Part shown: piece after piece, positions 41,505-55,897 of the stretch | Layout of the letters: each line of letters starts with the position of its first letter | Numbering within the stretch: position 1 is the stretch's first letter | NCBI GenBank assembly: GCA_951406725.2 | Contig: OX597831.1 | Span: 29,822,001 to 29,886,000 of the forward strand | DNA: 64,000 nt | Reading direction: 5' to 3' | Source of the DNA: Octopus vulgaris | Taxonomy: Eukaryota | Notes under the pieces: generated by a model | The model's input: the letters and a program-made list of their open reading frames with translations, nothing else | What the model was told of the DNA's origin: nothing | Databases searched by the model: none | Program-made: the position numbers and the translations under genes

Positions 41505-42427
41505 GTGGTACCTGCAGCAACAGCAGCAGCAGCAGTAGTGGTTGTGGCACAATCGCTTATTGCTATCTCTCTCTCCTACGACATTAATCACGTGATGAGG
41601 TCAGCTGAGTTAATTGGTCAATATATTATAGAACGACCCTGAAATAGTGGTATGGTGGTGGTGGTGTGGCGGTGGTGGTGGTGGTGATGGTGGTGGTTGG
41701 AGTGGTGGTGGTGGTGGTGGTGGTTGGGGTGGTGGTGGTGGTTGCGGTGGTGGTTGTGGTGGTGGTGGTTGCGGTGATGGTGGTGGTGGTGGTGGTGGTG
41801 GTAGTGATGGCAGCATGGTAGCGGTGGTTGTAGAGTTGGTGTTTCTAGCTGTGATGACGATCACTTAGGTGACGGTGATGACAGTGGAGGTGATAATGAT
41901 GACAATGATGGTGGTAGTGGTGGTGGTGGTGGTGGTGATACTGATACTGGTACTGGTGGTGCTATTAGCGGTAGTGATGGTGGTATTGGTGATGGGGGAG
42001 GGTTATGGTAGTGATGGTGATGGTGATGGTGATGGTGGTATGCGTGATGCTATTGTGTAATATATATTTGTTTATTTAGCTAAGAGGACATTGACAAGGG
42101 CGTCCAGATGACATAATAACTGTGCGTATGTACGTGTATATATATCTATATATATATATATATATATATATACTTATATATATATATACTTATATGTATA
42201 CGTATATATTTTTATATATATATATACTTAGATGTATACGTATATACTTATATATATATATACTTATATGTATACGTATATATTTTTATATATATATATA
42301 CTTAGATGTATACGTATATACTTATATATATATATACTTAGATGTATACGTATATACTTATATATATTTATGTTTATATATGTATACTTATATATATAAA
42401 TAAATATATATATGCGCATATTGTATG

Positions 42428-42475
<48 letters not shown>

Positions 42476-42493
42476 CTTATATGTATACGTATA

Positions 42494-42556
<63 letters not shown>

Positions 42557-42573
42557 CATATATTATCGCTTAC

Positions 42574-42790
42574 TCTCTTTTACTTGTTTCAGTCATTTGA
42601 CTATGGCCATGCTGAAGCACCGCCTTTAGTCGAGCAAATCGACCCCAGGACTTATTCTTTGTAAGCCTAGTACTTATTCTATCGAACCCGTTTGCCAAAC
42701 TGCTAATTTACGTGGGGCGTAAACACACCAGCATCTGTTGTCAATGATGTTGGGGGGGGACAAACACAGACACACAAACAAATACACACA
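42574..42790 (-). mobile_element. SINE family B, 3' half
   Basis: CTCTTTTACTTGTTTCAGTCATTTGAC...GGACAAACACAGACAC. Confidence 0.8.
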
Positions 42791-43726
42791 CATACATATA
42801 TATACATACACACATACATATATATACATATGTAGATATGTGTGTGTATGTATAGATATGTATGTGTATGTATAGATATGCATGTGTATGCGTATATAGA
42901 TATGTTTGTGTGTATGTATAGATATATGTGTGTGTGAATGTATAGATATGTGTGTGTGCGTGTGTATGTATAGATATATGTGCGTGTGTGAATGTATAGA
43001 TATTTGTGTGTTTGTATGTATAAAAATGTATGTTTGTATGCATAGATATGTGTGTGTGCGTGCATTGATCTTATGTGAAGCTTAAGTTATAAAAGCATTA
43101 AATTAAAGGAGCACTCAATATTTTTTTAGTAGAATAAAATCTTACTAATTTTTATAAGAAAAATGTTTGGACATTGACTTCGACGTTTCGGATTACTAGC
43201 AGTCATCAGACACATGACTACGGCTACAAAGTCTAAAGTTCGAAATCACTGTCAAAGTTTTCCTTGTGCAAAATTGTGTGTGTGTGTGTATGTGTGTGTA
43301 CATATGCATACACATACCTATATATATATACATATATATACATGTGCATATATATGTTTACATCCATACATACACGCGCGCGCAACATCACCAAACACTG
43401 ACAAAGGATGAAAAAATTTACAAATTTGTATATTTAAAGCAAAAATAAATACTGTACGCGTTTTTTTGTGTGCAATCAAGGAATATGCAGCTTGTAAACA
43501 TATGCAGTGTATATTTATGTGTATATATATGCACGTGTGTGTGTATGTATGTGTTTGTTTTTGCTGCACTTGGTAGTCCTGCAGTGACTTAAGAAACATT
43601 TGCAGTGATCCACCACCACCATCACCCACTTTCATATCTGTCATAGTTTTAAATCTAGTTGGCAAACATCTATCATATATATGTTAACACGTTCACCTAT
43701 TGCTCATCGCTTCCCCCACTTTTGCC

Positions 43727-43778
<52 letters not shown>

Positions 43779-44115
43779 CATTCTATTCAGCTCTCTATCT
43801 GTCCTCAGTTTCATCAGCTTTTTTAATCTCGCTGTTACTCTCTTTCTTTCCCTCCACTCTCTACCGAACCATGTCTCCTCGCTCATCACTCTTAATTGCA
43901 GCGAGATAAACTCACTCTGGTGCAGCTAAAAACCTTTGTTTGTGCTATATTTTACAGAAAAAACTCGCATGTCAAGTCAGTTTTTTTTTTTTACAAACGT
44001 GGGTGTATTGGCTTAGAAAAGAGTTGTTATTCTTATTTTGACATATTTATTTATATTCCTCAACGCTGGTTTCTGCTACACGCACAAGCATATATTTATG
44101 GGTATCCATGTGTGT

Positions 44116-44186
<71 letters not shown>

Positions 44187-44357
44187 TGTGTTTGTGTGTG
44201 AAATTGAGAGGAAATATGGGAACGATTAAGGGAAAACGACAAAGGACAAATAAATTGAGAACTCCTCTCATCAGCCATGAAAACCGGAGTCAGCGTAGTT
44301 TCGGTGCGTTTAAATTCGGGGGAATTTAAATATCTTCATGTAATACAACACAGACAT

Positions 44358-44676
44358 TTAAATAGACAGGGTTTTTCTAAGGATGTGGACAGTACTTCTC
44401 AGTACAATCTTTTGTATTTCTCTGTGACATAGTTCTCTTGGGATATTGTCAAGATGTTTCTGACATCTCTTTTTTTTTATCATACCTGTGGCACCTACTA
44501 TAACAGGAACAGTTCTTGCTTTAAGATGCCACATATTTTGTATTTCAATTTCTAGGTCCTCATATTTACTTAATTTGTCAAATTTATCTACAGATATATT
44601 TTTATCAGTGGGAACACTTACATCTATTAGTCTCCAAGTATTTTCTCCCCTGTCTTTAATAATTATGTCTGGTCGA
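44358..44676 (-). pseudogene. R4/Dong-type non-LTR retrotransposon, restriction-like endonuclease C-terminus
   Basis: RPDIIIKDR..LIDVSVP.D......KLSKYEDL..EI..MW.....VPVIVGATG...QKIVL..TVHILRKTL is the PD..D..K RLE domain. The frame is open to the stop codon. Confidence 0.88.
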
Positions 44677-44699
44677 TTATTATTATTATTATTATTATT

Positions 44700-45237
44700 G
44701 AGTGAGAGAGCAGTGCATGCCATCAAAGTGACACTGGGGTAAAATATACGAAGCCCAGTATACCCATCATGACTATCCGTCTGATAAGGGTTCACCAGGC
44801 ACATGCATCACAACCAAATATGGTGATCTCATATCAAGATAAACAGCACATGATCTTGCAGGTGGGGCCCAGTTAGAATTTTCTTCTGGTCGAGTAACCC
44901 ATCCCGTTCAAAAGATCCTTGAATAAGGATTGTTTAAGAATGTTGAATGAACCACCCATGTTTCCAAAGGGGAATTATCCAAACCTCCAAGAATTCCTTT
45001 CAACACATGGCTATGATGCTCCCCCACTACTTCTGCTCGTGACCAGAGATGCACATATCGTCAGCCACTAAGGGACATGCTCAACTGGTTAATGTCAAAC
45101 AACTGACAAGCAAATCTGTGAGCAGAATATTTGATGTAGCCCATATTTTATACCAAGACAAAACATGTACATGATAACACTTCCAATCAGTTAAGATCAG
45201 AAGCCATGAGAGCCACTGCCTTGTACTGCATCAGGGC

Positions 45238-45238
<1 letters not shown>
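44700..45238 (-). mobile_element. Family C repeat with (ATT)n on both sides
   Basis: Colinear with 6378-6932. Confidence 0.85.
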
Positions 45239-45312
<74 letters not shown>

Positions 45313-45323
45313 CATTATTGCCT

Positions 45324-45538
45324 AGGTGGCGAGCTGGCAGAATCGTTAGCACGCCAGACAAAATGCTTTCGCCCGTCTTTACGTTCTGAGTTCAAATTCC
45401 GTCGAGGTCGACTTTGCCTTTCATCCTTTTCGGGGTCGATAAAATAAGTACCAGTTGAGCACTGGGAGCGATATAATCGACTTTCCCTCACCCTCAAAAT
45501 TGCTGGCCTTGTGCTAAAATTTTAAGACCATTATTATT
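45324..45538 (+). mobile_element. SINE family A, short-tail variant
   Basis: Head, B-box, core, GGCCTTGTG..ACCATTATTATT. Confidence 0.85.
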
Positions 45539-45740
45539 TGATGAAAGCGCTCAGCTTATTCTGCTGGGTATTATGTAAAGTGTCAGCCGTCCACAGCCAG
45601 CAGACTAAGGTGATACTTGTTTCCTGATCGTGCTTCAAGAACCCGACGAAGAATTCTTGCAGTTCCAAGCAATGATGATTTTTATAGGTGTTCTATCTTT
45701 ACATTTGTACCAATCTTTTTGAGCCATGTTGGTAGTTGAG
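45530..45740 (-). pseudogene. Second R4/Dong-type 3' end with 3' UTR and (AAT) tail
   Basis: Minus strand: LPTWLKKIGTNVKIEHL*KSSLLGTARILRRVL (LQK..LLGTARILRxVL motif). The UTR ends CATCAAATAATAAT. Confidence 0.75.
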
Positions 45741-45853
45741 GTCAAGGACCTCTAACGGCAAATATACGATCGTGTATTTAGAACGAACTTATTTCTTTTT
45801 AATAGTAATAATAATGGGAAAAAAAGATTTTAAACATCATCATTATTTTTATG

Positions 45854-45888
<35 letters not shown>

Positions 45889-45921
45889 TACTACTACTAC
45901 TACTACTACTACTATTACTAT

Positions 45922-45956
<35 letters not shown>

Positions 45957-46156
45957 TTATTATTATTATTAACAGAACATTAGTTCGCTCCTACTGTGTA
46001 GTAAACCTGGTGGACATGTTAATATGGAGTATTTATACAAGTGAATACGCTTTAGTGACACCAATTCCTGCTATTAGGAATAAATGGATTGAAGGAGAGA
46101 AGGAGCTACACGTCACTACGAACCACCTTTTTAACATCCTTTATGTGCACACACAA

Positions 46157-46205
<49 letters not shown>

Positions 46206-46310
46206 ACATACACCACTTTACTTCTAAACACTCAAAAACGTGTAAAACAGCATGTGAAGGTAACACATGTTGTCAAATATTATTTAACATAGAAAGAATC
46301 TCATAACTTT

Positions 46311-46355
<45 letters not shown>

Positions 46356-46527
46356 TGCTGCTGCTGCTGCTGCTGCTAATACTACTATCACACAGCGAGG
46401 GACTCGGTCGCCATCGGCTTTTAAGTTCAAATCTCTCTGGAATGTGATACATGAGCCAGGCTTCTGTGTATGTTCACAGCTGAATAACAGATAGCAACAT
46501 AGTACATAACCACGGCCAACGCAACAC

Positions 46528-46579
<52 letters not shown>

Positions 46580-46899
46580 TTTGTGGTGGGGGGTAGTGGT
46601 GGTGGTGGTACTGCTGCTGGTGCTGGTGGAGATAGTGGTGGAAGTGATGGCGGTTATAGTAGTAGTAGTAGCTGTTGTTCTAGTAGTGGTGGTAATGGTG
46701 ATGATAGTAGTTGTAGTAGTAGTTATAGTCTGTAAAAGTCTGGACCTTATACTCCGCCACCACCCCTCATCATCCCCTCCAAATCCAAAGACCAGTTAAA
46801 TCAAGGACCCTCATCCACTGCCGATTTCTGGGGTGGTAGGATGTTTTTCAATAAGCACAAACGTTCAGCGACCCTTAGACCGTCAGCAGTGTCACACTC

Positions 46900-47400
46900 G
46901 CCCAAAAGAAGCTCAGTCCACTTAGCTGTATATAGGTACCAATGTAGTCCATGTTGCTCAGTGCTGCTAGTAGTAAGAGATAAAAATATAACAATATAGA
47001 ATATAATGTACGTGACGTGCCCTGATGAGAGGTGTCAGCTATCGAAGGGAAGACAATCCTTTCTACATCAATTTTAGGTGGAATTGGAAGTTTGAAATGT
47101 AAATCAAAAGAGTAAAGGAGGAGGTGTACAGTATATACACAACTAAATTTTTTCTTTTCCCTACACTTTATTAAGATTTGGTAACTTCTAGTCATTGGTA
47201 ACCATGTAGAGCACTATTTCATCCTTTTTTGAAATCGTCTGCATAACATAACTTAAGGCAAATATATTATGCTGAATAAAGCATTTTACGAAGTCTATCT
47301 TATAGAGAGAAAATAGTTTACAGTGTAAAAGGCATTCACGGGATTTTTCTTTCATTCTTTTTTTTCCTGTCACATCATAGATCAGTAATAGTTCTGTAAT
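46900..47400 (-). pseudogene. Highly degraded LINE reverse transcriptase fragment
   Basis: Minus strand: RECLLHCKLFSLY (QGC.LSP.LF-like), then after a frameshift KLCYADDFK (YADD motif). Confidence 0.6.
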
Positions 47401-47437
47401 AGAGTGAGAAGAGAAAATAATTTCTTACAGACATTAA

Positions 47438-48020
47438 TTGGCAGAATCGTTAGTACGCCAGGCGAAAAGCTTAGCGGTATTTCGTCAGTCGCTACGTTCT
47501 GAGTTCAAATTCCGCCGAGGTCGACTTTGCCTTTCATCCTTTCGGGGTCGATTAATTAAGTACCAGTTGCGCACTGGGGTCGATGTAATCGACTTAATAC
47601 CTATGTCTGTCCTTGTTTGTCCCATCTGTGTTTAGCCCCTTGTGGGCAGTAAAGAAATAGGTATTTCGTCTGCCGCTACGTTCTGAGTTCAAATTCCGCC
47701 GAGGTCCGACTTTGCCTTTCATCCTTTCGGGGTCGATTAAATAAGTACCAGTTACGCACTGGAGTCGATGTAATCGACTTAATCCCTTTGTCTGTCCTTG
47801 TTTTGTCCCCTCTGTGTTTAGCCCCTTGTGGGCAGTAAAGAAATAGGTATTTTGTCTGCTGCTACGTTCTGAGTTCAAATTCCGCCGAGGTCCGACTTTG
47901 CCTTTCATCCTTTCGGGGTCGATTAAATAAGTACCAGTTACGCACTGGGGTCGATGTAATCGACTTTAGTCCCTTTGTCTGTCCCGTCTATGTTTAACCC
48001 CTTGTGGGCAATAAAGATAT
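47438..48020 (+). mobile_element. SINE family A trimer (one head plus three bodies)
   Basis: Junctions GTAAAGAAATAG|GTATTT(C/T)GTCTG at about 47661 and 47846. Confidence 0.9.
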
Positions 48021-49231
48021 AAATATTTCTAGGAAATAATCTGCCTTGCAAAAGAGTTCTTAATGTAATTATAATTATAGCCATAACTACAAACGAATAT
48101 CACAGGCCGTTTTTGATATTTCCAGAGTATGCAGATAAAGGCTTCGGGCGGATATTCCACATTATTCTAGTCTTCGAGATAAGATAGAAGAGATTTTATT
48201 CGTGTTTATATCGCCGCCACTAGAAAGAAACACTAAATCAAAATTTCTGTATAGGTTTAATGTACGATATTGTTGTTGTTGTTGCTGTTGATGATGATGA
48301 TGATGATAATGATGATGGTAGTGGTGGTGGTGGTGGTGGTGGTGGTGGTGGTGGTGGGCGATGATGGTGTTTGCAATAATATTGTCAGAGATGCTGTTGC
48401 AGTTCTTGTTATAGTGATTTTCTAGTTTAATTCAGCTTAATATATTATGACAATGGTGTTGATGGTGGTGGTGGCGGTGGTGCTGGTGCTGGTGCTGGTG
48501 CTGGTTGTAATGATGATGATGGTGGTGGTGGTGGTGGTGATATAATGATGGTGGTGGTGGTGATGGTGGTGGTGGTGGTAATAGTGGTGATGGTAATGAT
48601 AACGACGATGAAGATGATGATGGTGATGATGATGATGATGATGATGACAACGACGATGAAGATGAAGATGACGATGATAATGGTGGTGGTGGTGGTGGTA
48701 GTGGTGGTGGTGGTGGTGGCGGCGGCGACTGTAGTGTTAATGGTCGTGTTGTTATTGCGGTCGCTTCTGCTGCTGCTGCTGCTGCTGTTCTTGTTCTTGT
48801 TGTTATTGTTGTTCTCGCTGCTGTTATTATTGTTCTTATTGTTGTTGCTGTTGATATTGTTGCTGCTGTTTAGTACTGTTGCTGTTTTTATTGCTGTTGT
48901 TGTTACTGTTGCTGCGGTTATTATTATTGCTGCCGTCGTCGTTGTCGTCGTCATGATGTTGCTGTTGTCGCTATGGCGGCTGCTGTTGTTCCTTACTCTA
49001 ATTTCAGCAGGCTCTTGCTCGAAGCTGCCCCATCTTCTACACAGCCATATTAAGGGCTACATTATCTAATGTCTCCCGCATAATCAAGATGACAGGGTGT
49101 CATTTTAAGGAAATATCACTGCTATATCTCGCAGATGAAGAGATAACAAAGAGCGAAAAGAGCGTGTTTGTAATATATGAGGAGGAGCGGTTTTTTATTA
49201 CACAACAGCGCTACACACACGTGTGTATGTA

Positions 49232-49285
<54 letters not shown>

Positions 49286-49287
49286 TG

Positions 49288-49333
<46 letters not shown>

Positions 49334-49338
49334 CATAC

Positions 49339-49371
<33 letters not shown>

Positions 49372-49642
49372 TGTATGTATGTATGTATGTATGTATGTAT
49401 GTATGTATATATGTATGCATGTATATATAATGATAAGAAAGGGTTGAAATGTGTTATTTTTAAACATTGGCGGTAAATAGTTTTTTTGGGGGGGGGGGCT
49501 GGGAGTGGAAGGGAATTCCGTGTATTATCATATAAGAAAGAAAAAAAAATAGAAATATAAATATGTTTTGCACAGAACAAATGCCTTCGTATTAAAGTTT
49601 TACCGAAAATATATTAGTGGAATAAACAAATAAACAAATACC

Positions 49643-49693
<51 letters not shown>

Positions 49694-50461
49694 ACATATA
49701 TATAGATATATACATACAGATTTATATAAGCTTACATGTATATAAACATATATATATATATGTATGTATATATATATGTATATATATGTATGCATGTATA
49801 TCTGTACATACATACATACATTAATATATTAATATATACACATTAATATCTACACATATTCATACATGCATATATATATATACACACACATATGTATGTA
49901 TATGTATATATTTATCTATATCTATACGTTCGTATGTATATATATGCATATATATATATGTATCTATGTATATACATACATATATATATATACGTATATA
50001 CATGTTTATGTTTGTATTATATGCATGTATACATACGTTGTTTGTGTATATACAGCTCGTGAATGTAAACATGTAAACACCCCAATAAACTGTCTCCCCC
50101 CATCCCTCTTATTAATGCTTTTCTGTTGTATTCCACAAATTTTCATTTACTACTCAAAACACGAAACAAACTCAAACACAAAATTTGATATGTGTGTATG
50201 TGTACCCGTGCGTATTTTTGCATGTGTGTAAGTCAAAGTATTCAAAGAAGCAACAAGCCATTTGCTGGTGATGGTCTTTATGCATTATTTATTAGATTAG
50301 AATTTGTTGTTAAGGATAAATTGACAGTGACTTCAGGTTTCGTCTTTGACTTCTTATGCAACCAGACTGCTTGACTAAGCTGTTAAAAGCGCGAAAATTG
50401 AAGTCACCGTCTAATATTACCGACAAAGTTGTGTGAGTGTGTGCACGCGCATGTGTGTGTT

Positions 50462-50661
50462 GTGGAGGAGCATGGCCTATTGGTTAGAGGGCCTCACTTA
50501 CAATCACGAGATCGTAGTTTCAATTCCAGGAATGAATGAGTGACGCGTTACGCGACGCTGTGTTCTTGAGCAAAAAAAAAACTACCTCTCACGTTAGTCT
50601 GCGATCGTTTCAACACCTGACTAACATGTGACTCACAGTGCATATGTTCAGGCAATGTGTG

Positions 50662-50712
<51 letters not shown>

Positions 50713-50935
50713 GTAGAGGCGCATGGCCTAGTGGTTAGGATGTTCCACTGACGATAGAGAGCTCGTGGTTTCAGTTCCATGAACGGGTGGTCCATTACGC
50801 TACGCCGTGTTCTTGAGCAAAACACTCAATCCCACGTTGCTCTGCAATCATTTCGACGCCTGTCGTGTGATAATACCCGTTCACCTGTTCAGGAAACATC
50901 AATTTCGTGAAGGTGGGTGAGATGATGTACTGCAC
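50462..50935 (+). mobile_element. Two tandem SINE family D copies, each preceded by (GT)n
   Basis: GAGG.GCATGGCCTA.TGGTTAG heads at about 50465 and 50716, each followed by GTGTTCTTGAGCAA. Confidence 0.75.
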
Positions 50936-51053
50936 ATACATTTGATAAACGAATCGCTGGTGCACCTTATTCAGCAACAAATTACAGAACCGTCTTTCCC
51001 GGACTACGAGAGACTGCCGTGTATGTATCAATACATGCATATGTATATATATG

Positions 51054-51135
<82 letters not shown>

Positions 51136-51258
51136 GAAGTGAATCTAATGGTTTTTGTGTGTTTTTTAAATGGCTTATAAACACCTTCCACGCTGCAATT
51201 GTTTTCGTCCCAGCACACGATCTCAGATCAGGTCACTTGCTATGCAAGTACATATCCG

Positions 51259-51308
<50 letters not shown>

Positions 51309-51400
51309 TTGTATATATATATACTTGTATATATATATACATGTATGGGTGAGTGTACATACACAAACAGTGTATATATGTATGTGCATGCATATGTATA

Positions 51401-51432
<32 letters not shown>

Positions 51433-51439
51433 CATATAC

Positions 51440-51481
<42 letters not shown>

Positions 51482-51641
51482 ATGTATGTATGTATGTATA
51501 TGTATATTAGTCGAAGTGTACAATATTATAAATCCATTACGGCTGATCTTCCCAACCGGTTATGCATTAGGAATTCAGCGAAGTGTTAGACAACAGCCTG
51601 TGCGTGTGTGTGTAGATAGACAGACAGACAGACAGATAGAC

Positions 51642-51782
<141 letters not shown>

Positions 51783-52316
51783 CATAGATAGATACATAGA
51801 TAGATATGGTAGATAGATAAGAGTTATAGATAGAGATACATAATTATGTCTACGTATGTATGCCAATTTCGAACTCTGTCGGCCCGGTGGAAGAGTAGTT
51901 AAAGTAGAGAAACCCGCTGTTACCCACTGACACAAAACCCTGCCATCAGCGAGAAATTACGTACTCGTTAAATACTCTTTCATACTCGCTAACCATTCCA
52001 TAACGTCTATATTGAATAAATAATGTGTTTGGAAGGAGGAGTAACGTCAGATGTCTTATATAAACATGGCTGACTTACTAATTAATGAACTCACTAATTA
52101 ATTCTCGTTTAGACTTAGAATGTCTGGCTACTGTATTTTTAACGATGGTGGTGGGTCTGGTGGTGGGTCTGGTGGCGGGTTAGTGGCGAAGTGGTGCTGG
52201 TTGTGGTGTTGGTGGAGGTGGCGATAATAATCTAAAATTCTGCCGGGGTCGGTATATATATATATACATATGTATGTATGAGTATATATGTGTGTATATG
52301 TGTGTGTATGTGTGTG

Positions 52317-52374
<58 letters not shown>

Positions 52375-52570
52375 CATACACACACACACATATATATATA
52401 CAGTTATATGTATATATACAGTTATAGGATATAGATATATATAACATAGAAATGTTTATACGCGCATATATATATATATATATGTATGTACGTGTGTGTA
52501 TATTTAGTATATTTATTAATCTTTTTGTATTTCTGCTCATTAGTTTCTAAAATGTGTATGTATATGTGCA

Positions 52571-52608
<38 letters not shown>

Positions 52609-52641
52609 TATGCATATGTATACATATATATGCATATGTAT

Positions 52642-52674
<33 letters not shown>

Positions 52675-52981
52675 CATGTATATACATATGTACATATATA
52701 TATATATATAATACCTATATGTATATTATATATATCATATATATACATGTATATATACACATACACACACATAAATATATACATGTTTGTGTGTATGTGT
52801 GCACCATATGCTTATTTATGCACCGATGTCAGTTTGGCATCTCATTATGCACAGGATCCTGTGCGGACGAGATGTAGCCTACCAACACCCCCACCCATCA
52901 GAAGTGTTGGTCATGTGCTTATGTTTCTTAGCTTTATTAATATTATTATTGTTAGTGTCATTTCCTATTATTATTGTCGTG

Positions 52982-53160
52982 AAGGCTATAAGCTGGCAGA
53001 ATCGTTAGCACGCCAGACAAAATGTTTAGCGCCATTTCGTCCGTCCTTAGGCTCTGAGTTCAAATTCCGCCGAGGTCGACTTTCCCTTTCATCCTTCCAG
53101 GTTCGATAAAATAAGAACTAGTTAAACACTGGGGTCGATGTAATCGACTTACCCCTTCCC
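52982..53160 (+). mobile_element. SINE family A
   Basis: AGCTGGCAGAATCGTTAG head, B-box and core. Confidence 0.82.
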
Positions 53161-54419
53161 CGATGTTGTTGTTATTGTCGTTATTTATGATGTCCCCGTC
53201 GTTGTTTTTTGTTGTTAATAGTAACAGCAGCAATAATAATAGTTACTGAATTCTCTAGAATCACGTAACCGATTATTAAAACGACTGAAGTAGGGAAAAG
53301 GCGTGGACAATGTATATGCGTAAAATATCCACAATCGCTTCGAAATGCAATTTATTATAAAAGACATTCGATTAGATGTATAAGAATATCGTTGATTTGA
53401 TTAGAAATTAAACCCGGAACCATGTGGTTGGGAAGCAAGCTTCTTACCACACAGCTACGTCTATAACGATAAAGAGCGAAAAGGGAAAACAGTTAAGAGC
53501 GGGTAGAGAGGACGTAAGGGAGATGAAGAAAGGATGAAAGAAGGGGTATTAAAAGATGAGCTGTTCATTGAAACACGAATGGGTACAATTAGCCACGATG
53601 GCGCTATAGAGAAAGAAAGTGTTTATTAGAAAGGAGAGTGAAAGCCGTTAAGAACGAGTGAGATTTGCGATTATGTAACTGGGTGAATGAGAAAAGAAAA
53701 AACGCAAGGAAAGAAAACGATAAATTCAAGCAAAATGAGGGGGAAATTCAGGCAAAATGAGGGGAAAAGTCACAATAATACAAAGATAGAAAATGGATAA
53801 AAAAGAAGTATTGACACATACACATATGTATGCATGTATGTATATGTGTGTGTAAGTGTGTATGTAAATATGTATGTATATATGTTTTTATAAATAAGGA
53901 AAATATCGTTATTTAAAATACCGATCATATCAAGTGGCCAGCAAGGGAATAAAAACCTTATAGGTATTAACTATTGTTAAAATTATAATTAAGGGTAGCT
54001 AAAAGATACCGCCATGCTAGAGATAGCAGTCAAAACTTGACTCTAAAACCACATCATGTATTCATGCAGCACCAGGACAAAAGACAAATAGACAAATAAG
54101 CTATCAAAAAATTATTGGATAATCCTATTGGATAATGTATATATGTATATATGTATGTGCGCGCGCGTGTATGTGTGTATGATGTAATAAACATGAGTTA
54201 AGTGTAAGCTACTGTAAATTTTATGCTCGGTTGGTATAACAATCGGATAAGCTTTCGAGGTCGATAAATTAAGTACCAGTTGCGTACTGGGGACGATATA
54301 ATCAACACATCCCCTCCCCTAAAATGGCTGCCCTTGTGGCAAATTTGAAACCATTATTATTATTGTTGTTGCCAGTATTTAATTTTTTAGTCCTTTTTCT
54401 TGTTTGCATTTTACATAAG

Positions 54420-54455
<36 letters not shown>

Positions 54456-55256
54456 ACACGTACACATACACACACACACACGTACACATAGAGAGAAACA
54501 GATAAACAGACAGACAGTAATAGGGAAATAACTTAAGAAACCCTATTCAGGAGCGGGTGGGTCTTAAATATTTAATAATCAAGAAGGAGTTGGAATGCTT
54601 ACAACACCCTGCTATCCACCCCAAAATCCACCCCTGTTTCCATGGCTACCAGAATGTCTTTACAATTTTTATTTAATCGCTTACATATTTTTGTTGCTAA
54701 ATCACAACTCCAGGCCTTTTACTACAGCATGGTGGTGGTGGTGGCGATGGTGGTGATGGTGGTGGCATGACAATGATGGTGATGATGATGATGATGATGA
54801 TGACTAAAGTCGATACAACGGCAGGAATGGTAGAAAACCAGTTTTTAATTAGAACAAATCATTTAGTGAAATTGCACCCCACCCTTACACCGCCCCACCC
54901 CGAACCCTACTGTTGAGTGAAATTCCCTTTAGGGGTCAATAGAGCATGTAAGGATCAACAGACCAACAGACTTGTACTGGAACCCTTATATTCGCATCAT
55001 TCCCTACAAATATCTCTAGGTTTTGCTAATATGGGAAATGCAAAATCTCTCCGACTCCTTTACGTTCTGGGTTCAAATCTTGCCGGGATCCTTCTTTTCA
55101 TTTTCTTTTTTTTTTTTTTTTTCATCGTTTACATTTTCATCGGCGGAGGGTCCCGGTAAAAAAAAAAAAAAGGTGAGAAATATTGGGATTTGTATAATTG
55201 ACTAACCCTTCCCTTAAAACGTGTAACCGTTTGTTTTTTCTAATAAATTATTATTA

Positions 55257-55375
55257 ACTAGCTGGTCCCGTGCCGTCAAAAATGACGGCTAATAGTAGTA
55301 TTCTATACATAAATATGGATGGCAAATCAAATTAATAGACTTGTCAATGTTCACATACATTCACATACTTCCCTT

Positions 55376-55412
<37 letters not shown>

Positions 55413-55608
55413 AACACACACGCTCACACACACTCACACAGAGATGAAACGCTGTTCGATTTTTCTTTTCCGAGTTCAATGTTCACCATCCCACTACCAA
55501 GTTTGCCATCACCCCTTCCTTCCTTCCTTATTCATCTATTACCCTTTCCTTTCTCATTCATATGTTGTGACGGAGAAAAACACAAGAGTATTATTATAGT
55601 AGATTATA
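55257..55608 (+). mobile_element. Helentron/DINE-like non-autonomous element (tentative)
   Basis: Starts ACTAGC with a 5' hairpin GCCGTCA-AAAA-TGACGGC, contains internal (CA)n, ends TATTATTATAGTAGAT. Confidence 0.45.
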
Positions 55609-55897
55609 GTCACGAGGGCGCTAGGATAGAACGTTGGAAGAAAATACTTCGTAGGGATAAATCGCAAACCTTCTCATTCTCAGATCAAATTCCATCGCAG
55701 TTGGCTCTGTTCTTCAACCTCCCAGAATCGATAAAGCACCAAAGAAGTATCACGATAATAATAATAACCGTATATGCTCGAGTAATAGTCGACCCCCTAT
55801 TTTTAGCCAAAAAATAGGACATTTTCCATAGACCCTGTATAATAGTCGACCCTAATATTTCACGAACAACAGGACAGCATTTGTGGGTCAAGATACC

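Noticed and set aside
43178-43213. Minus-strand CTGATGA...CGAAACGTC hammerhead-like motif
   Set aside because: Core words are present but stems I and II do not pair; at most a decayed PLE remnant.
44270-44345. Hairpin TTTAAATTC-GGGG-GAATTTAAA with nearby GAAAC and CTGATGA on the minus strand
   Set aside because: I could not build a consistent three-stem hammerhead.
50307-50427. Imperfect inverted ends GACAGTGACTTCA / TGAAGTCACCGTC
   Set aside because: Single copy in the window with no TSD; too weak to call a MITE or pre-miRNA.
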